60,000 bases of DNA from Vicugna vicugna (lineage: Eukaryota): NCBI GenBank assembly GCA_013265495.1, contig MU058009.1:3925780-3985779 (forward strand). Reading direction: 5' to 3'. Position 1 is the first letter of the stretch. Each line of letters opens with the position of its first letter. Made by a program: the position numbers and the translations under genes. The notes under the pieces were generated by a model. The model had not been told where the DNA came from, ran no database searches, and saw only the letters and a list, made by a program, of their open reading frames with translations. Of this stretch, positions 32,005 through 43,860 are shown one piece after another.

Positions 32005-33235
32005 ATGGTTTTCAATAAAAAATTTCTATCATGACTTACTTTAAACGTACTAAAGAGACAGAAAGAGGGAAAATGAACACAGGTGTATCTACAACCCCGA
32101 TTAACGAGAATGTGTCACCTGTGCAGGTGAGGCCTCCTGAGAGCCCTTCCCCGGCCCTCCCAGCCTCGCTCTCCCCACGGGGCTCTGTGCCTTCCCCAAC
32201 TTGAGAGCCGTCCTTCCCAGGCCGTCGTGCATGTTCCTACCAAGCGTGCGTGTCACTGAACGATGTGAAACACTATTGGTGTTGCCGGGGACCAGGTTCT
32301 TGACCCGCCGCAGAAAGACTTTAGAGACGGGAAGCGGAGGTTAGGAAAGTAAAGTGGGGATTTGTTAAGGGCTGGACGGCACACTCTCAAGGGGAGAGCG
32401 GGCAGGCTCAGGTGAGCGGCTGCCCTGAGTCTCTCTGGCACAGTGGTTACACAGGGTATAGAAATGAGTGAGACACAGGGTATAGAAATGAGTGGGCGGA
32501 ATAGTCACTGGGGAGGGAAGGGCCTGGGGTCGCATCCCCTGATTTTCCTCCCAGCTCCCCCTTCCCGAGGTGAGGAGGGATTTCTGTCCTTATTTAGTCT
32601 GGATCGGAAGTGTCACAGCATCGGTGCATCATGGGTACCTCTACTCTGCAAGGCTAATTTTATTGAAATGAGGGCAGAATGAGCACAAGGTTACATTCAG
32701 ACCCTCGAGATTCCTGCCTTTTCCCAGCTTTCTTTGTCGGCCTCCAGGGCACTTGTCACCCCAAACTGTGCGATTCCCTATCCGCTCGGAGGTTGCTGCT
32801 TTACTTTCTCTGCCCAGGGACCCCCGGTGCTCACATGATGCAGGGTTTCCTGCATTTGGCCTGCATCCCTGTTTCTCTGCTCATGTCTAGCTGTCTGCCT
32901 GCTCTAACACTGGCATGTTTTTAAAACATCCACAGATCTTGTCTTAGCACGTGTACTCAACAATCCAAAAGCTCTGCATGTGTCATTCTCCCATTTGACA
33001 TGTGAGCTGGAGCTCCTTAGCTCTTCCCACGGAGTGCCGGATTTGGTCTTATGACGGGTCACAGGGGTGCACTCACCTGTCCTTGCGGGAAGAGGCGAAG
33101 TTGCTTCCTGACATTCCGCTGCTACACGTGTCCGCGCCGTCGTGTCTGGGCTCACGTCTCCTCGTGCGGCTACACGGCCTTTCCTCAAGCCCCAGCCCGG
33201 ACGTGGAATTACCGGCCTGTAAGAGCGGCGACTCC
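32005..33235 (-). mobile_element. Ancient L1ME4-type 3' end, interrupted by an LTR at 32280-32909
   Basis: The left arm 'tttaaacgtactaaagagacag...aatgaacacaggtgtatctacaacccc' and right arm 'catgtttttaaaac...acatgtgagctggagctcc...gttgcttcc...cacgtctcctcgtgc...gtggaattaccggcc' read as one continuous antisense L1ME4a-like 3' region across the LTR. Confidence 0.6.
32280..32909 (-). mobile_element. ERV1-type solo LTR (630 bp)
   Basis: Terminal inverted TGTT...AACA, TSD TTGG (32276-32279) / CTGG (32910-32913), typical ends 'tgttgccggggaccaggttcttg' and 'tgtctagctgtctgcctgctctaaca'. Confidence 0.8.
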
Positions 33236-33719
33236 AGTGGGTGATGCCAAGGTGTCTTGAGACGGGTTTTCTCCTAAAAGTGTAAGAAAATGCAACGTAG
33301 GGATTGTTAGTCTCACGTGAGCGCAGAGAAATGATTTCTCCCTTTGCTGGGCCAGGCAGACGGCAGCACCAGGGAAGGAAAACCACTTCGCCCCAGTTCT
33401 CTCTCTTGCTCCCCCACCATCCAGGGCATTTCCGTTGGGCAGAAGCGTCGTCTTCCTCCTAAAGGAACTGGAGACTCATCCCTTGCTCCTGTTTTCCTTG
33501 GTGACCGAGTTCTGTCCTAAGCCATCGACAGTAGGGCTCGCAGTCACAGTCATTCTCTTTCTTGTGGTCCGGGCGGGGTGGTCCCCAGCCAGTGAGAGAT
33601 GCTCTGCTTAGTTAACCCAGACCCTTAAGCGACCTGCACTCTCCTCTGTTCCCTGTAAACTTAGCAAGTCAGGTGAGCTCACTGGCAGAAACCTGGGTTT
33701 TGCGGTAAGAATGTGTCTG

Positions 33720-33900
33720 CAGTTTGGATTCTCACCCTCACTAATTCTGTGACTGCAAACAAGTAGTTAACTTCTCAGGTTCCGTGTCCTCATCTGTAAA
33801 GTGAGGATCACCGCGCTGACCTCACAGAGGAGTTGTCAGGGTGAGGAAGGAAAGCACACAGCACAGGGCGTGGCGCTCAGCGGCTGCCCAGTGAACAGCA
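33720..33900 (+). mobile_element. MIR SINE
   Basis: 'cactaattctgtgactgcaaacaagtagttaacttctcaggttccgtgtcctcatctgtaaagtgaggatcacc...gacctcacagaggagttg'. Confidence 0.7.
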
Positions 33901-36900
33901 GACGTGGCTGCAAATGCATGTTGTGCTCATGCGTGTGGCGTGGAGTGGCCCGGATGCCCCATGGGGGGAGGGCTCCTCGGAGGGAGACGCTTGCTGCCCC
34001 CACCTCCAGCCCTCACCCCACTCCGCCCCACTCCCTTCCTTTAGCCTCTGATTCTAGGGTTGGAGAACACTGGGGACTCTGAGCGGCTGGATTGAGCCCT
34101 GACGGTTTAGGGAGGTGGTGGGCTGCAGAGAGCTTTCCTAGCCCTGCCCTGAGGAGACCCGAAGGACCAGGGACCAGGGTCTCAGATGCATGCACACGAG
34201 GCTCGTCTTGACCTCCTTCCTCACCTTTTCGTGAATGTACTCTGGGGAGTCGAGGAGTCATTTCCTTCCTCTCTCAATAAAACCTCAGGAATGTCAAGAC
34301 ACCGCTCAGATCCCTCTGGAGGTGGGGGAGAGTGGGGTCGGGACCCATCGCGCATCCCCAGGCACCAAGCTCTGGTGTTTTCCCATTGTGTCCCTCTTCA
34401 CGACTCCACTGGCTCCTCCTGCAGCTGTCACACCATTTCATTATCCCTCTGCCTTGGTCTCTGTCCCCAGCTCCTACCCCTCCTGTTGCGTCTTCCTCCC
34501 GCCCTCTCCTCCCGTTTTCTTCCTGGTTCTCTGGGCCTCCTGGCACCGCCCCGTTCACACCCCGCCCCCCCAGAGGCTCATGCAGCCGTCTTGTGTGAAG
34601 GATTACCGGAAGGAATCAAATTGTTTAAAAAAAACAATGTTTTCTGTGCACCAATGTGTAAAATGTACAATAGTAAAGCAATATGGCTCTAAATGAATTA
34701 TGGCTTAAAAAAAAAAACCAAATTACCAACCTGTCAAATACTATTAACGCTTGAATCAGTAGGAAGAATGAGAATATGGGTACAGAGGGAGCTTTTCTTC
34801 TTTTGTAAAGCAAATATCAGCCCCTCATAACAGCTGGTTTCGGTGTCTTGAATGAGGAACCGATAGAGGGAAGGAAAGTAAGACGCACCAGTGAGTCGTT
34901 TCTCCTGATGTCGGTGGCACGTGCTGTTCCTGTGGGGCTTTCAGCGCATTTCTGTGTTTGAGCGAAGGCCTCACCGCCTTTCCACTGGCTGAGTGGTATC
35001 TCCTGGGGCAGTGGAAAGGGGGTGGAGGTAGGTTTTCAACGTTCAAGGACTGATTTGCTTCTCAAAAAAGACAGGTTTAAAAGGAAAGAAACGTGCACGA
35101 GAAAATACCTGTCCCTGTGAATAGGCTAAACGCGGTCCCCGTGTCGGCAGAGAGCAGTGGCTTTCTTGTTCCTTTTCTCAGTTTTAATGCTGAAACTCAG
35201 GAGATAAGTGAGCTGGGTCTTTAATGCAATAAGTGTCTGGCTTTCATGGACACATTTCGAAGTCGGTGCCAGGACCGGGGAAGAACGTTGCCTTCACCGG
35301 GGGGGAAGTTGCCGTAACAGCGACAGTCACAGGACGTCCCGAGGCCCTGGGAAGTCCTCGCTGACCCTCCCAGGGTCATTTTCTTCGCTGACGTTGGATG
35401 AGAAAACGTGGCTGGTGGAGGCAGAACAGAGTCCAAACACAGTCCCACCCTGCGGCCACTCACTTCTTGGAATTCGTCTAAGTCTCTTGATTTTGTCCTT
35501 CAAAGGAAGATTGAATGGCCAAGGCTGTAGCTCAGTATGAAAACTAGAAATGGGGGAAACTGTATTATAAACAGATTTCGTTCATCTGGCCCCGAGGGGA
35601 TGCACGTTACATCTCAGCCGAGCAGAGGAACTCACTGTGAGCCACCTGGATGACCTGTGACCAGACTTCCAATTAGCAAGCGTCCGATTTTTGCCCTCTG
35701 CTAACTGAAGAGAGTATTCCTTGCTTGACCTTGTGTATTAGAATGCAGCCTTCAAAAGTGCCTTGGAAACCTGGGTTAAAAAGAACAATTTTTTATTTCT
35801 TATAAAATGATATAAAAATAAATCGTTATTAACGTTGTCATTGTGGAATTGGAAAGAGCATTTTCCTGTTATATTTGCGTATTTATAAGAGTTCTGTATT
35901 TCTTCAGATGGTCCTGATGTACCTTGCTTACAATAACAAGCACACAGGTGACTTTGAGGTAAAGAACTAATTGTGGTCGCGGTGTTCCCGCTGGCACTAA
36001 GTGGACTTCAACGGCTAACCCCAGCGCGGGAGGCGGTTGCTCCGGCCCAGGTTCACACGCAAAGCGCCCAGATACAGGGGCGTGAGTCAGGGAGAGCGGG
36101 AGTCAGTGGAAGACTCCGCAGTTTCAGTTTGTGCTTTCGGTTCAAGGCTGTGTAGGATTACAGTGTTCGTTGCTCTTAAGTGCTTTGTTTTCCCCTGGGT
36201 TACAAACATCCACGGGAGGAGGTTAGGATAAGAGGATAAAGAGAATTGAAAAGAATTCTCCAAAGGCGTCCTGAGCACACCTGCTGAGGAGCGAGCTATA
36301 AATGAATCTGAGGAAGAGACATTTAATTTTCTTGCGCAGGAGCTCGGGGCTGAACAGAGGAACTTACTGGGCATAACTTTACTTACCAGGAGCAGCACAT
36401 TGAACACACTCCTTCGCGTAGGGAAAAATAATTCAAGCCACTTGGCAATATCACCCCATAGATTTGTCCTGCGTATCACCGTCCCTCGTGCCCTACAATT
36501 TCTACACAATCCACTTCCACACACATTTGTGAGGTCCCCACTAGGTTCCAGATCAGCGCTGGGTACAGGAACTTAAATTTCACAAAAGTCACAGCCCCTA
36601 CTCTCACGGGGTGACGTTGTGTGACACGAGATTCCTGAATGGAAGGTAATGTGGCAAATTTGGTAACTGTGGACAGTGCAAGTCCCGGGGGACACAGGGG
36701 AGTGAGCAACGAATTCTGCCTGGACCTGCATTTAAATCAACCCAGAATATGTATTTATGTAAGTATTCATTTATTCATTCAAATAGCAAACAATTTTTTG
36801 CTTGCCTACACCGTGACAGCTATCACACTCGCCGAAGAATGACATGAATGACACACACTTATAAACTGAAACAAATCAGATGGAAAATGAGCCTTACTTA

Positions 36901-37100
36901 GCCTGGTCTTCCTCAGAAACGCCTCTCCTCCGCTGGTCCTGGAGCTGGAGAAACAGCGGGAGTCAAAGGAGAGGGGGAAACTCGCGTTGCAGAAGAAGGA
37001 AGGGCGTGTGTCAGGTCCTAGCGTGGGAGGAACACACGTCGCAGGAGGAGCAGGGGGCCGGTGTGGCTGCACCGCGCAGAGCGAGGGGGACCGGGGCAGG

Positions 37101-37549
37101 CGAGCTCATTTGCGAGGGCTGCTGTAATGCCCCCGCCGGGCAGTTTAGAACAGAAGTGGAGGCTGGAAGCCTGAGATGGCAGCGTCAGGAGGGCTGGCGC
37201 CCTCGGAGGGCTGTGAGTGAGTATCTGCTCCACGCCTCTCACCTAGCTGCTGCTGGTTTTCTGGCCACCTTGGGTGTCCCTGGGTTGTACAAGCGTCATG
37301 CTCTTCTCTGCCTTTGTCTTCAGGGGACATTCTCCCTGTGGGTGTGTCTTGTCTGAATCTGCCCTTTTTATAAGGACACCAGTCAAATTGGATTAGGGAG
37401 CCACCCTACTCTAGTGTGACTCCATCCTAACTGAACTGACCATGCCTGCAGTGACCCTTTTTCCAAACAAGATCATATTCTGAGGTACTGGGGCTGAGGG
37501 CTTCAACACATGATTTTGTTGGAGAGGGGACATGATTCAACCCATAACA
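37101..37549 (-). mobile_element. MLT1 (MLT1B/C-like) ERVL-MaLR solo LTR
   Basis: 'tttataaggacaccagtcaaattggattaggg...ttccaaacaagatcatattctgaggtactggggctgagggcttcaacacatga...gacatgattcaacccataaca' is diagnostic of MLT1B/C. Confidence 0.9.
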
Positions 37550-38534
37550 TGATGGATGAGGCTGGAAGTGAGGCTGGCACTTTACGGCTTTGACTTCTTT
37601 GAGGAAAGGAGAAAACTGTGGCGGCAAAGTGGAACCTCAGGTCAATAATTTTACAGGGAGGTCAGTTACAGGCAGGTGGGAGGGCTGTGAACTCTATGGG
37701 AAGAGATCCTTGAGGCAGAAGAGGGAGAGGGGATATTGATTGTTAGGTCGAGAATTGAGAAGTCAGGATTTTGGACGAGTTGTGCAGATTCCAACAGTTT
37801 TGATGAATAAGGGAAGTTCACATGGAGGTCAGAAAGAAGGCAACAAGGAGAGATGGAGGTGGAATTGGCGATCGACCTGAGCATCAGAGAAGCAAAGTTA
37901 ACAGGAAGGTGAATGAGAAATTGTGTGGAAGGGATGGTGATCATCAGGAAGGGCCTGTCCACCGCAGGCTCCGAAGCAGGTGTCAGCTTGAGGAAATGCA
38001 AAGCTAAGATTCCAAAGAGAGCAGTGTCCTTGGTAGATATCCAGGTTCAGACAGTCAGCCAGCTCAAGGAGCTGAGCGTGATATGTTGAAAGATTTATGG
38101 AGAAAACTGTCTGGATGGAGGAAAGCCTGGTGGATGCGAGGAGAGGAGGAGGCGGAGGGGCCAAGGCCCGGGTGGGAGAGACGAGTGGATGGACGCTGAC
38201 AGGGGCACAAGGGGACGGGATGCTGGGCAGCTAGGGCTTCAGTCCCAGTGGCCCCTTTGAGGAGGATGTGTTCTTGTCCCAAATATCAAGAGGGTTGATT
38301 TCTGGAGATCGCACTGTATGAGCCCCAGAATCTGCAGTCCCTGCCTTCCTGGAGTAGCGTGATTGCAAACACAGCTGTGAGTCTCTGCACTTGTGCAGCG
38401 TGGGACAGTGGCGTTACAGCTAGCCCATGTGTGTGTGAAAGCCGGGAGCCTCCGTCCCCCTAGGTCACGACTGGAGAGGGTCGTGCTCGCAGGGGTGCAT
38501 TCATCCTTTCAGTTAGGCGTGCATCCGGTATTTT

Positions 38535-38940
38535 CTTTATTCATTCCACGGACATTTTTCAGTACCTACTTTGTGCCCGGCTCTGGGTGTGCACTGATGG
38601 ATAAAAGATGTTACTTCCGCCTTCGTGGTTCCTAACGTCTACTTAGGAGAGATAGGAAATCAACAGCAAACAAAACCAACAAACATACATCTAGTTATTT
38701 TGGGAAAATGACATAAAGGTAAAAAGTGATGGACTATAAAAAGGGAGACATTCTTATTTAGAGACTTTGGGTCTATTCAGACAGTTTCAGGAGTCAGCTG
38801 GACCAGGCCATGCAAAGCTTTGGGACGAAACATTCCTGGGAGTGGTGACAAAGGACAATGAGGCCGCACCAATGATGGAAAATCCCTCTGTGCTGCAGAG
38901 ACAACTGCAGAAGGGCCAGAAAGAGAGGGGTGAAGTGGTT
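38535..38940 (-). mobile_element. L2 3' end
   Basis: 'attcattccacggacatttttcagtacctactttgtgcccggctctg...gtctacttaggagagatagg'. Confidence 0.6.
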
Positions 38941-39464
38941 AGTGGACTCAGAATCCATGCCTTTCTGTTCAGAACAACTTGCCTGTCATTTTGTCCCTAA
39001 TGGGCCCACTTTCCATGGCCTGTGCTTTCTCTAAAATCCTAAACCTTGGAACCCCACCATTTCACTTTCTCATACTCCTCCACTGTGACCTTGCAGCATA
39101 CCCCAAGCTTAGCAGGTTAGCTAAGAGTGAAAACAGAAATCTGTGTTCACGTTGAGTGGTTATCTTACTGTTCAAGTTACGTACAGGAAGCTAAACTAGA
39201 GACATTGGCATCATTGCTCAGTTTCTCTCATCCCATCCTAACAAAAGGATCAGAGTTTATGAACAATGACCTCCCTCATTTGTAAGTCCATTGTTTTTCT
39301 TCTCTTAAGATTGGGCTCCCCTGTACTTTAAGCAATCTCCTAGCATCACTATTTGATAATAGTCTCTAGGTTTCCTATTTCAGGCATTGGCACCTAAACC
39401 AATTTCCCATTAGAACACATTTATCTCAATATTTGACTCTTAATTGTACCGACCTGCAAAATGT

Positions 39465-39680
39465 TCAGGTTCAGGGCCCTGGAGTCAAGCTGCCTGTGTG
39501 CAAACTTCTAGCTCCACATGTAGCTCTGTGACCTTGAAAAGCTATTAAACCCTCCATGTATTCATGTTCAGGCATGAAACCTCACCAGGCTGTGTTTAGT
39601 CTAAATGGCAGATTCATGAGAGGCACTGATCCCACCCCTTCCATAGCAAGTGCTCAATAAATGTCAGCTGTTATTATTGT
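39465..39680 (+). mobile_element. MIR SINE
   Basis: 'ggccctggagtcaagctgcctgtgtgcaaacttctagctccac...ctgtgaccttgaaaagctattaaacc...catagcaagtgctcaataaatgtcagctgttattatt'. Confidence 0.75.
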
Positions 39681-39687
39681 TTATGTG

Positions 39688-40845
39688 ATCACCATCCCCA
39701 CCACCATCCCCACCATCCCCACCATCACGATCATCACCATCAATACCACCATCATAATCACCATAACCACCACCACCATCCCCATATCCCCATCATCACC
39801 ACCATCACCACCGCCATCACCATCACCATCATCACCACCACCATCACCACCATCATCACCACCATCATCACCATCATCATCACCACCATCACCACCACCA
39901 TCCCCACCATCCCCACCATCCCCACCATCCCCACCATCCCCACCATCCCCACCATCCCCACCATCCCCACCATCCCCACCATCCCCACCATCCCCACCAT
40001 CCCCACCATCCCCACCATCCCCACCATCCCCACCATCCCCACCATCCCCACCATCCCCACCATCCCCACCATCCCCACCATCCCCACCATCCCCACCATC
40101 CCCACCATCCCCACCATCCCCACCATCCCCACCATCCCCACCATCCCCACCATCCCCACCATCCCCACCATCCCCACCATCCCCACCATCCCCACCATCC
40201 CCACCATCCCCACCATCCCCACCATCCCCACCATCCCCACCATCACGATCATCACCATCAATACCACCATCATAATCACCATAACCACCACCACCATCCC
40301 CATATCCCCATCATCACCCCCATAACCACCGCCATCATCATCACTATTATCACCACCATCATCACCACCATCATCACCATCATCACCACCACCATCCCCA
40401 CCATCCCCACCATCCCCACCATCACTATCATCACCATCAATACCACCATCATAATCACCATAACCACCACCACCATCCCCATATCCCCATCATCACCCCC
40501 ATAACCACCGCCATCATCATCACTATTATCACCACCATCATCACCACCATCATCATCATTACCATCATCACCACTATCATCACCATCAATACCACCATCA
40601 TAATCACCATAACCACCACCACCATCCCCATATCCCCATCATCACCCCCTTATCCACCGCCATCATCATCACTATTATCACCACCATCATCCCCACCACC
40701 ATAACCACCATCATCATCACTATTATCACCACCATCATCATCATTACCATCATCACCACTATCATCACCACCACTGCCACCATCATCATCACATTCATCA
40801 TCATCATCACCACCACCATCATCACCATCACCACCCCCACCACCA
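39688..40845. repeat. Compound (CAC/CAT)n satellite with higher-order units
   Basis: Continuous CAC/CAT/CCC triplet tract. The anchor block CAATACCACCATCATAATCACCATAACCACCACCACCATCCCCATATCCCCATCATCACC recurs at 39741, 40259, 40438 and 40587. Confidence 0.97.
39901..40242. repeat. Perfect 9-bp tandem repeat (TCCCCACCA)38
   Basis: 342 bp of uninterrupted 9-mer, counted directly from the sequence. Confidence 0.97.
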
Positions 40846-41173
40846 GCACTGCTGCCATCTGATTCTCGTCATCAAATGTCTTTTCTTTCCACACGTCACA
40901 CAGCATGTCTCCACACCAAATCCACCCATGCAACGTTTACTCCTCTTGTTTCTCCTATTTTTCCCTCTGTCCCTCTACCCTGGTCTCTATTAACCTTTCA
41001 AGGTATTAAACAATTCAGAGCTCTCTTATTTGAAACTATTCAATGCAGTTAACCATAAATAAATTAAATCTGGCAAAGAAAGTTCATTTTAGCCTCATGT
41101 CTGTCACCCTACCATGACCACCTCTGTCTCTGTGTCCCTGCCACTGTCTGCATCTCTGGCTCTGACTCTCTTT

Positions 41174-41212
41174 ACACACACACACACACACACACACATG
41201 CACACACACACA
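41174..41212. repeat. (CA)n microsatellite, interrupted
   Basis: About 12 CA units, then TG, then about 6 CA units. Confidence 0.95.
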
Positions 41213-42619
41213 TCCATGCTTATGTCTAAAGCTCAAGGTTATGCAGCTTCCTTAATCATCCCCTTACCTAAATCTAGATGCAAGTGCTAAGAACTCCCAA
41301 GCACTGCTCCTCTCTGTCGTCTCGGAATAAACCCATTTCTTTGATTGAAAATAGTAGCTTCCAAGATGTTGGAGGCCTCCTTTTCATGTCTACATCTATA
41401 AAAATTAGTAAGTGACTGAAATTGTCAGGATCTGCTTTCGTTGACAAAGCATGTTAACAAGTCTGATCTCCTCTGAAGGCCCCGTGTGGACAAATCGAAT
41501 GTTCCACTAACTGCTGCACACTCTGCCACGAGGCTGGATGACGTCCAGGTGCACACAGCTGCAGACGGCAGGGCAGAGGCCTGCACCCGAGCTCGCGCCG
41601 CCGTGCCCAGCAGGCCCGCCCCGGTCCCCCGACTCCCCCGAGTCTCCCGGAGGTCAGGCCTCTGGGCAGCTTTCGGGGGGCTCAGGGCGCTGTTAGCGCT
41701 CCCCCTCTCAAGTCTGCTAACGTGTGCACCTTCCAGGAGAACTCACAGCCTGGCCCGCAGATCACTCTCCCTGGGAAAGCCGCTCCTTGACCTGCAGAGG
41801 AGGGCATTCTGGAATTGCATTCATACTATGGCTTTTCAGGAAATATCAGGTCGCAGATCCTCGAGACCTGAATTAAAGAGAACAAATTTTACTTGACTCT
41901 CGGACCAGCTGTGTGTTCAGATTATCTCTGGGATGTAGAGGTCTCTTAAATATTCATGAAAGCACAGAGGCTCCCACAGTAATCTACATAGTGAAGGGAG
42001 AGGTCTGATTTCCTAGTACATTTATACGTGGAAAGCCAACATTAGTCCATTCTACACAGGATGACTTGTCTGCATACAGACGGGCGAACAAAGGGAAGGT
42101 GCTTTGTTCCGAAACTGGCCCAGTCCCCCAGACCACCCCTCAAAGCAAGCTGCAGGCACTCAAAACACGCACAGACACTCAAGTCTGGTTCTGGAGGCCG
42201 GAGGAGGAAAAGGCAGGGGCCATATGTATGCGCGACGTGGCTCCCTTCGCTCCTGAGTTCAGAGTCATTTCTTCACCAGCTCACTCAATGTCAGAGTCTG
42301 CGAGGCCAAATTCAGACTCAACAGCCAGGGGACTGAGCATGTGATGTTTGGCAAAGCAATCGTTCTGGAGAAACCTCACTTCTAAGAAAAAAACATGATG
42401 CCCCGAGGAGGATTTGACCTGTGTATTTGTTCTTTCAAGGTAAAAAAGAATCATGATGCTATGGACTCACTGGCAGTAAAGAATTTACTGTGAGCTTTAT
42501 TTTTAGTCCCCAAATAGGGCAAATTCGGGCCTACGAATGGCCTGTGAAATGGCCTAGGACAATTAATCCTGACTTCACCCTCAGTGTGGGTATGAGACAG
42601 TCGAATTCAGGGAAACCCT

Positions 42620-42775
42620 GGGCAAGACCTGGTATCAGAATTCCGGACCCATCACTTCCTAATTCTGTGGCCTCCAATGAGTTACTGCCACTCCACGGGC
42701 TGCAGCGTCCCTCACTGTGGAGCTGAGGGCATAATAGTGACTCGTTCTCAGGGTTGCTTTGGGGGTCAATGAAGG
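42620..42775 (+). mobile_element. MIR SINE
   Basis: 'atcacttcctaattctgtggcctccaatgagttactgccactcc...cagcgtccctcactgtggagctgagggcataatagtgact...tctcagggttgct'. Confidence 0.55.
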
Positions 42776-43349
42776 GAAGTGTATGCCTGTACGTGTGCAT
42801 GGCAGAACACACGTGCATACACAGTCGCACACACATGCACGCATTAAACACATACATGCACACACATGTGTATGAGAACACTCTTGGAAGACTAAGTACT
42901 GTGCAAATGATAAGCTAATTTGAAAGTATAATTTAGGCTGCTCTGCTGTAAGGTGTTCGTTGTAATGAGATTCTTCCTTTAGTAATTACAGACTCATTTG
43001 CTATTGTTCATAGGGCGAACAAAATATTTATGAAGTGGCAGGATTAGAACTGTGGTTAATACCCATAAAATAGTTTTGCTCTGAACAGTAACGGGCCCAG
43101 AAAATATTAAGCTCACAGAATGTATCCTGTTGGCTGTATCCTGAGCAGAAGTTTATAAATATAATCATTATCAAGGGTATTGGATTGCACCTGTCTGCAT
43201 GTTTTCCTTAGGCACATCTTCTGGTTTTTGTATTTAAGAATTCCGGCCCAGAGGAAAGGATGTGGGTTTTGCATCAGGCAGACCTGGGTTCGACCACCTG
43301 GCCAGCACTGCCCAGCTGTGTCAGCACCAGCAGTTCTCTTTCCATTTCT

Positions 43350-43600
43350 GTTCTATTACTACCAGCCCACAGTAGCTGACGTGTAACGTGCTCCAGGAAC
43401 TGTGTTTCATGTACATCATCTCGTGGGACCCTCAAAGTGCTTGATGGAGCAGATACTGTTACCCCAGTTTTATGGGGAAGTAAACTAAAGCACAGAGCTG
43501 TTTATATGACTTTGCCCAAGACCGCACAGCTAGTAAGTGGCAAAGAGATGCTCTGGACACCCCCCGACCCGGTTCCAGACTCTTGCTCCCAATTGGAGAA
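43350..43600 (-). mobile_element. MIR SINE
   Basis: 'tactgttaccccagttttatggggaagtaaactaaagcacagagctgtttatatgactttgcccaagaccgcacagctagtaagtggcaaag'. Confidence 0.8.
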
Positions 43601-43659
43601 GAAGTTCTCATAGCGCCACATGGCACTCTGGTGGACCACCAGCTGCCATCACCATGTGA

Positions 43660-43860
43660 CAGCCAGCTGCTTCCAGACACTTAATAGGGTGCTTTAAATA
43701 CCACATACGAGTTTTGATCCTTGCATTAATTTTATGAAACAGATATTATTTTATTTGTTTTGCAGATGAGAACATGGAGTGTTAGAAGGTTACTGTCAAA
43801 AAAATTCACTCAGGGCACCAAAGATAAACCAAGATCTGGGCCCAGATCTGCCACACTTCT
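43660..43860 (-). mobile_element. MIR SINE
   Basis: 'gatattattttatttgttttgcagatgagaacatggagtgttagaaggtta'. Confidence 0.55.

Noticed and set aside
28365..32909. Single provirus bounded by two LTRs
   Set aside because: The LTRs differ in sequence, each has its own TSD, and I see no gag/pol/env remnants between them.
35520..35540. tRNA/SINE-like head GGCTGTAGCTCAGT
   Set aside because: Only about 14 bp, with no B box or tail; likely chance.
36087..36575. Frames open on both strands plus a minus-strand GTAAGT donor near 36388
   Set aside because: No matching strong acceptor and no recognisable peptide, so there is too little support for an exon.
39661..40303. 204-aa extensin-like (SPP)n ORF on the plus strand and 181-aa collagen-like (Gly-Met-Val)n ORF on the minus strand
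   Set aside because: Both are automatic translations of a stop-free 9-bp repeat. There are no splice signals, promoter or non-repetitive domain to support coding.
39741..40645. CRISPR-like repeat-spacer array (four anchor blocks with variable spacers)
   Set aside because: Mammalian DNA, the spacers are themselves simple repeats of very unequal length, and there are no cas genes.
43832..43849. Perfect 18-bp palindrome AGATCTGGGCCCAGATCT
   Set aside because: About 0.2 such palindromes are expected by chance in 60 kb (60000 x 4^-9), and it lies in a MIR remnant.
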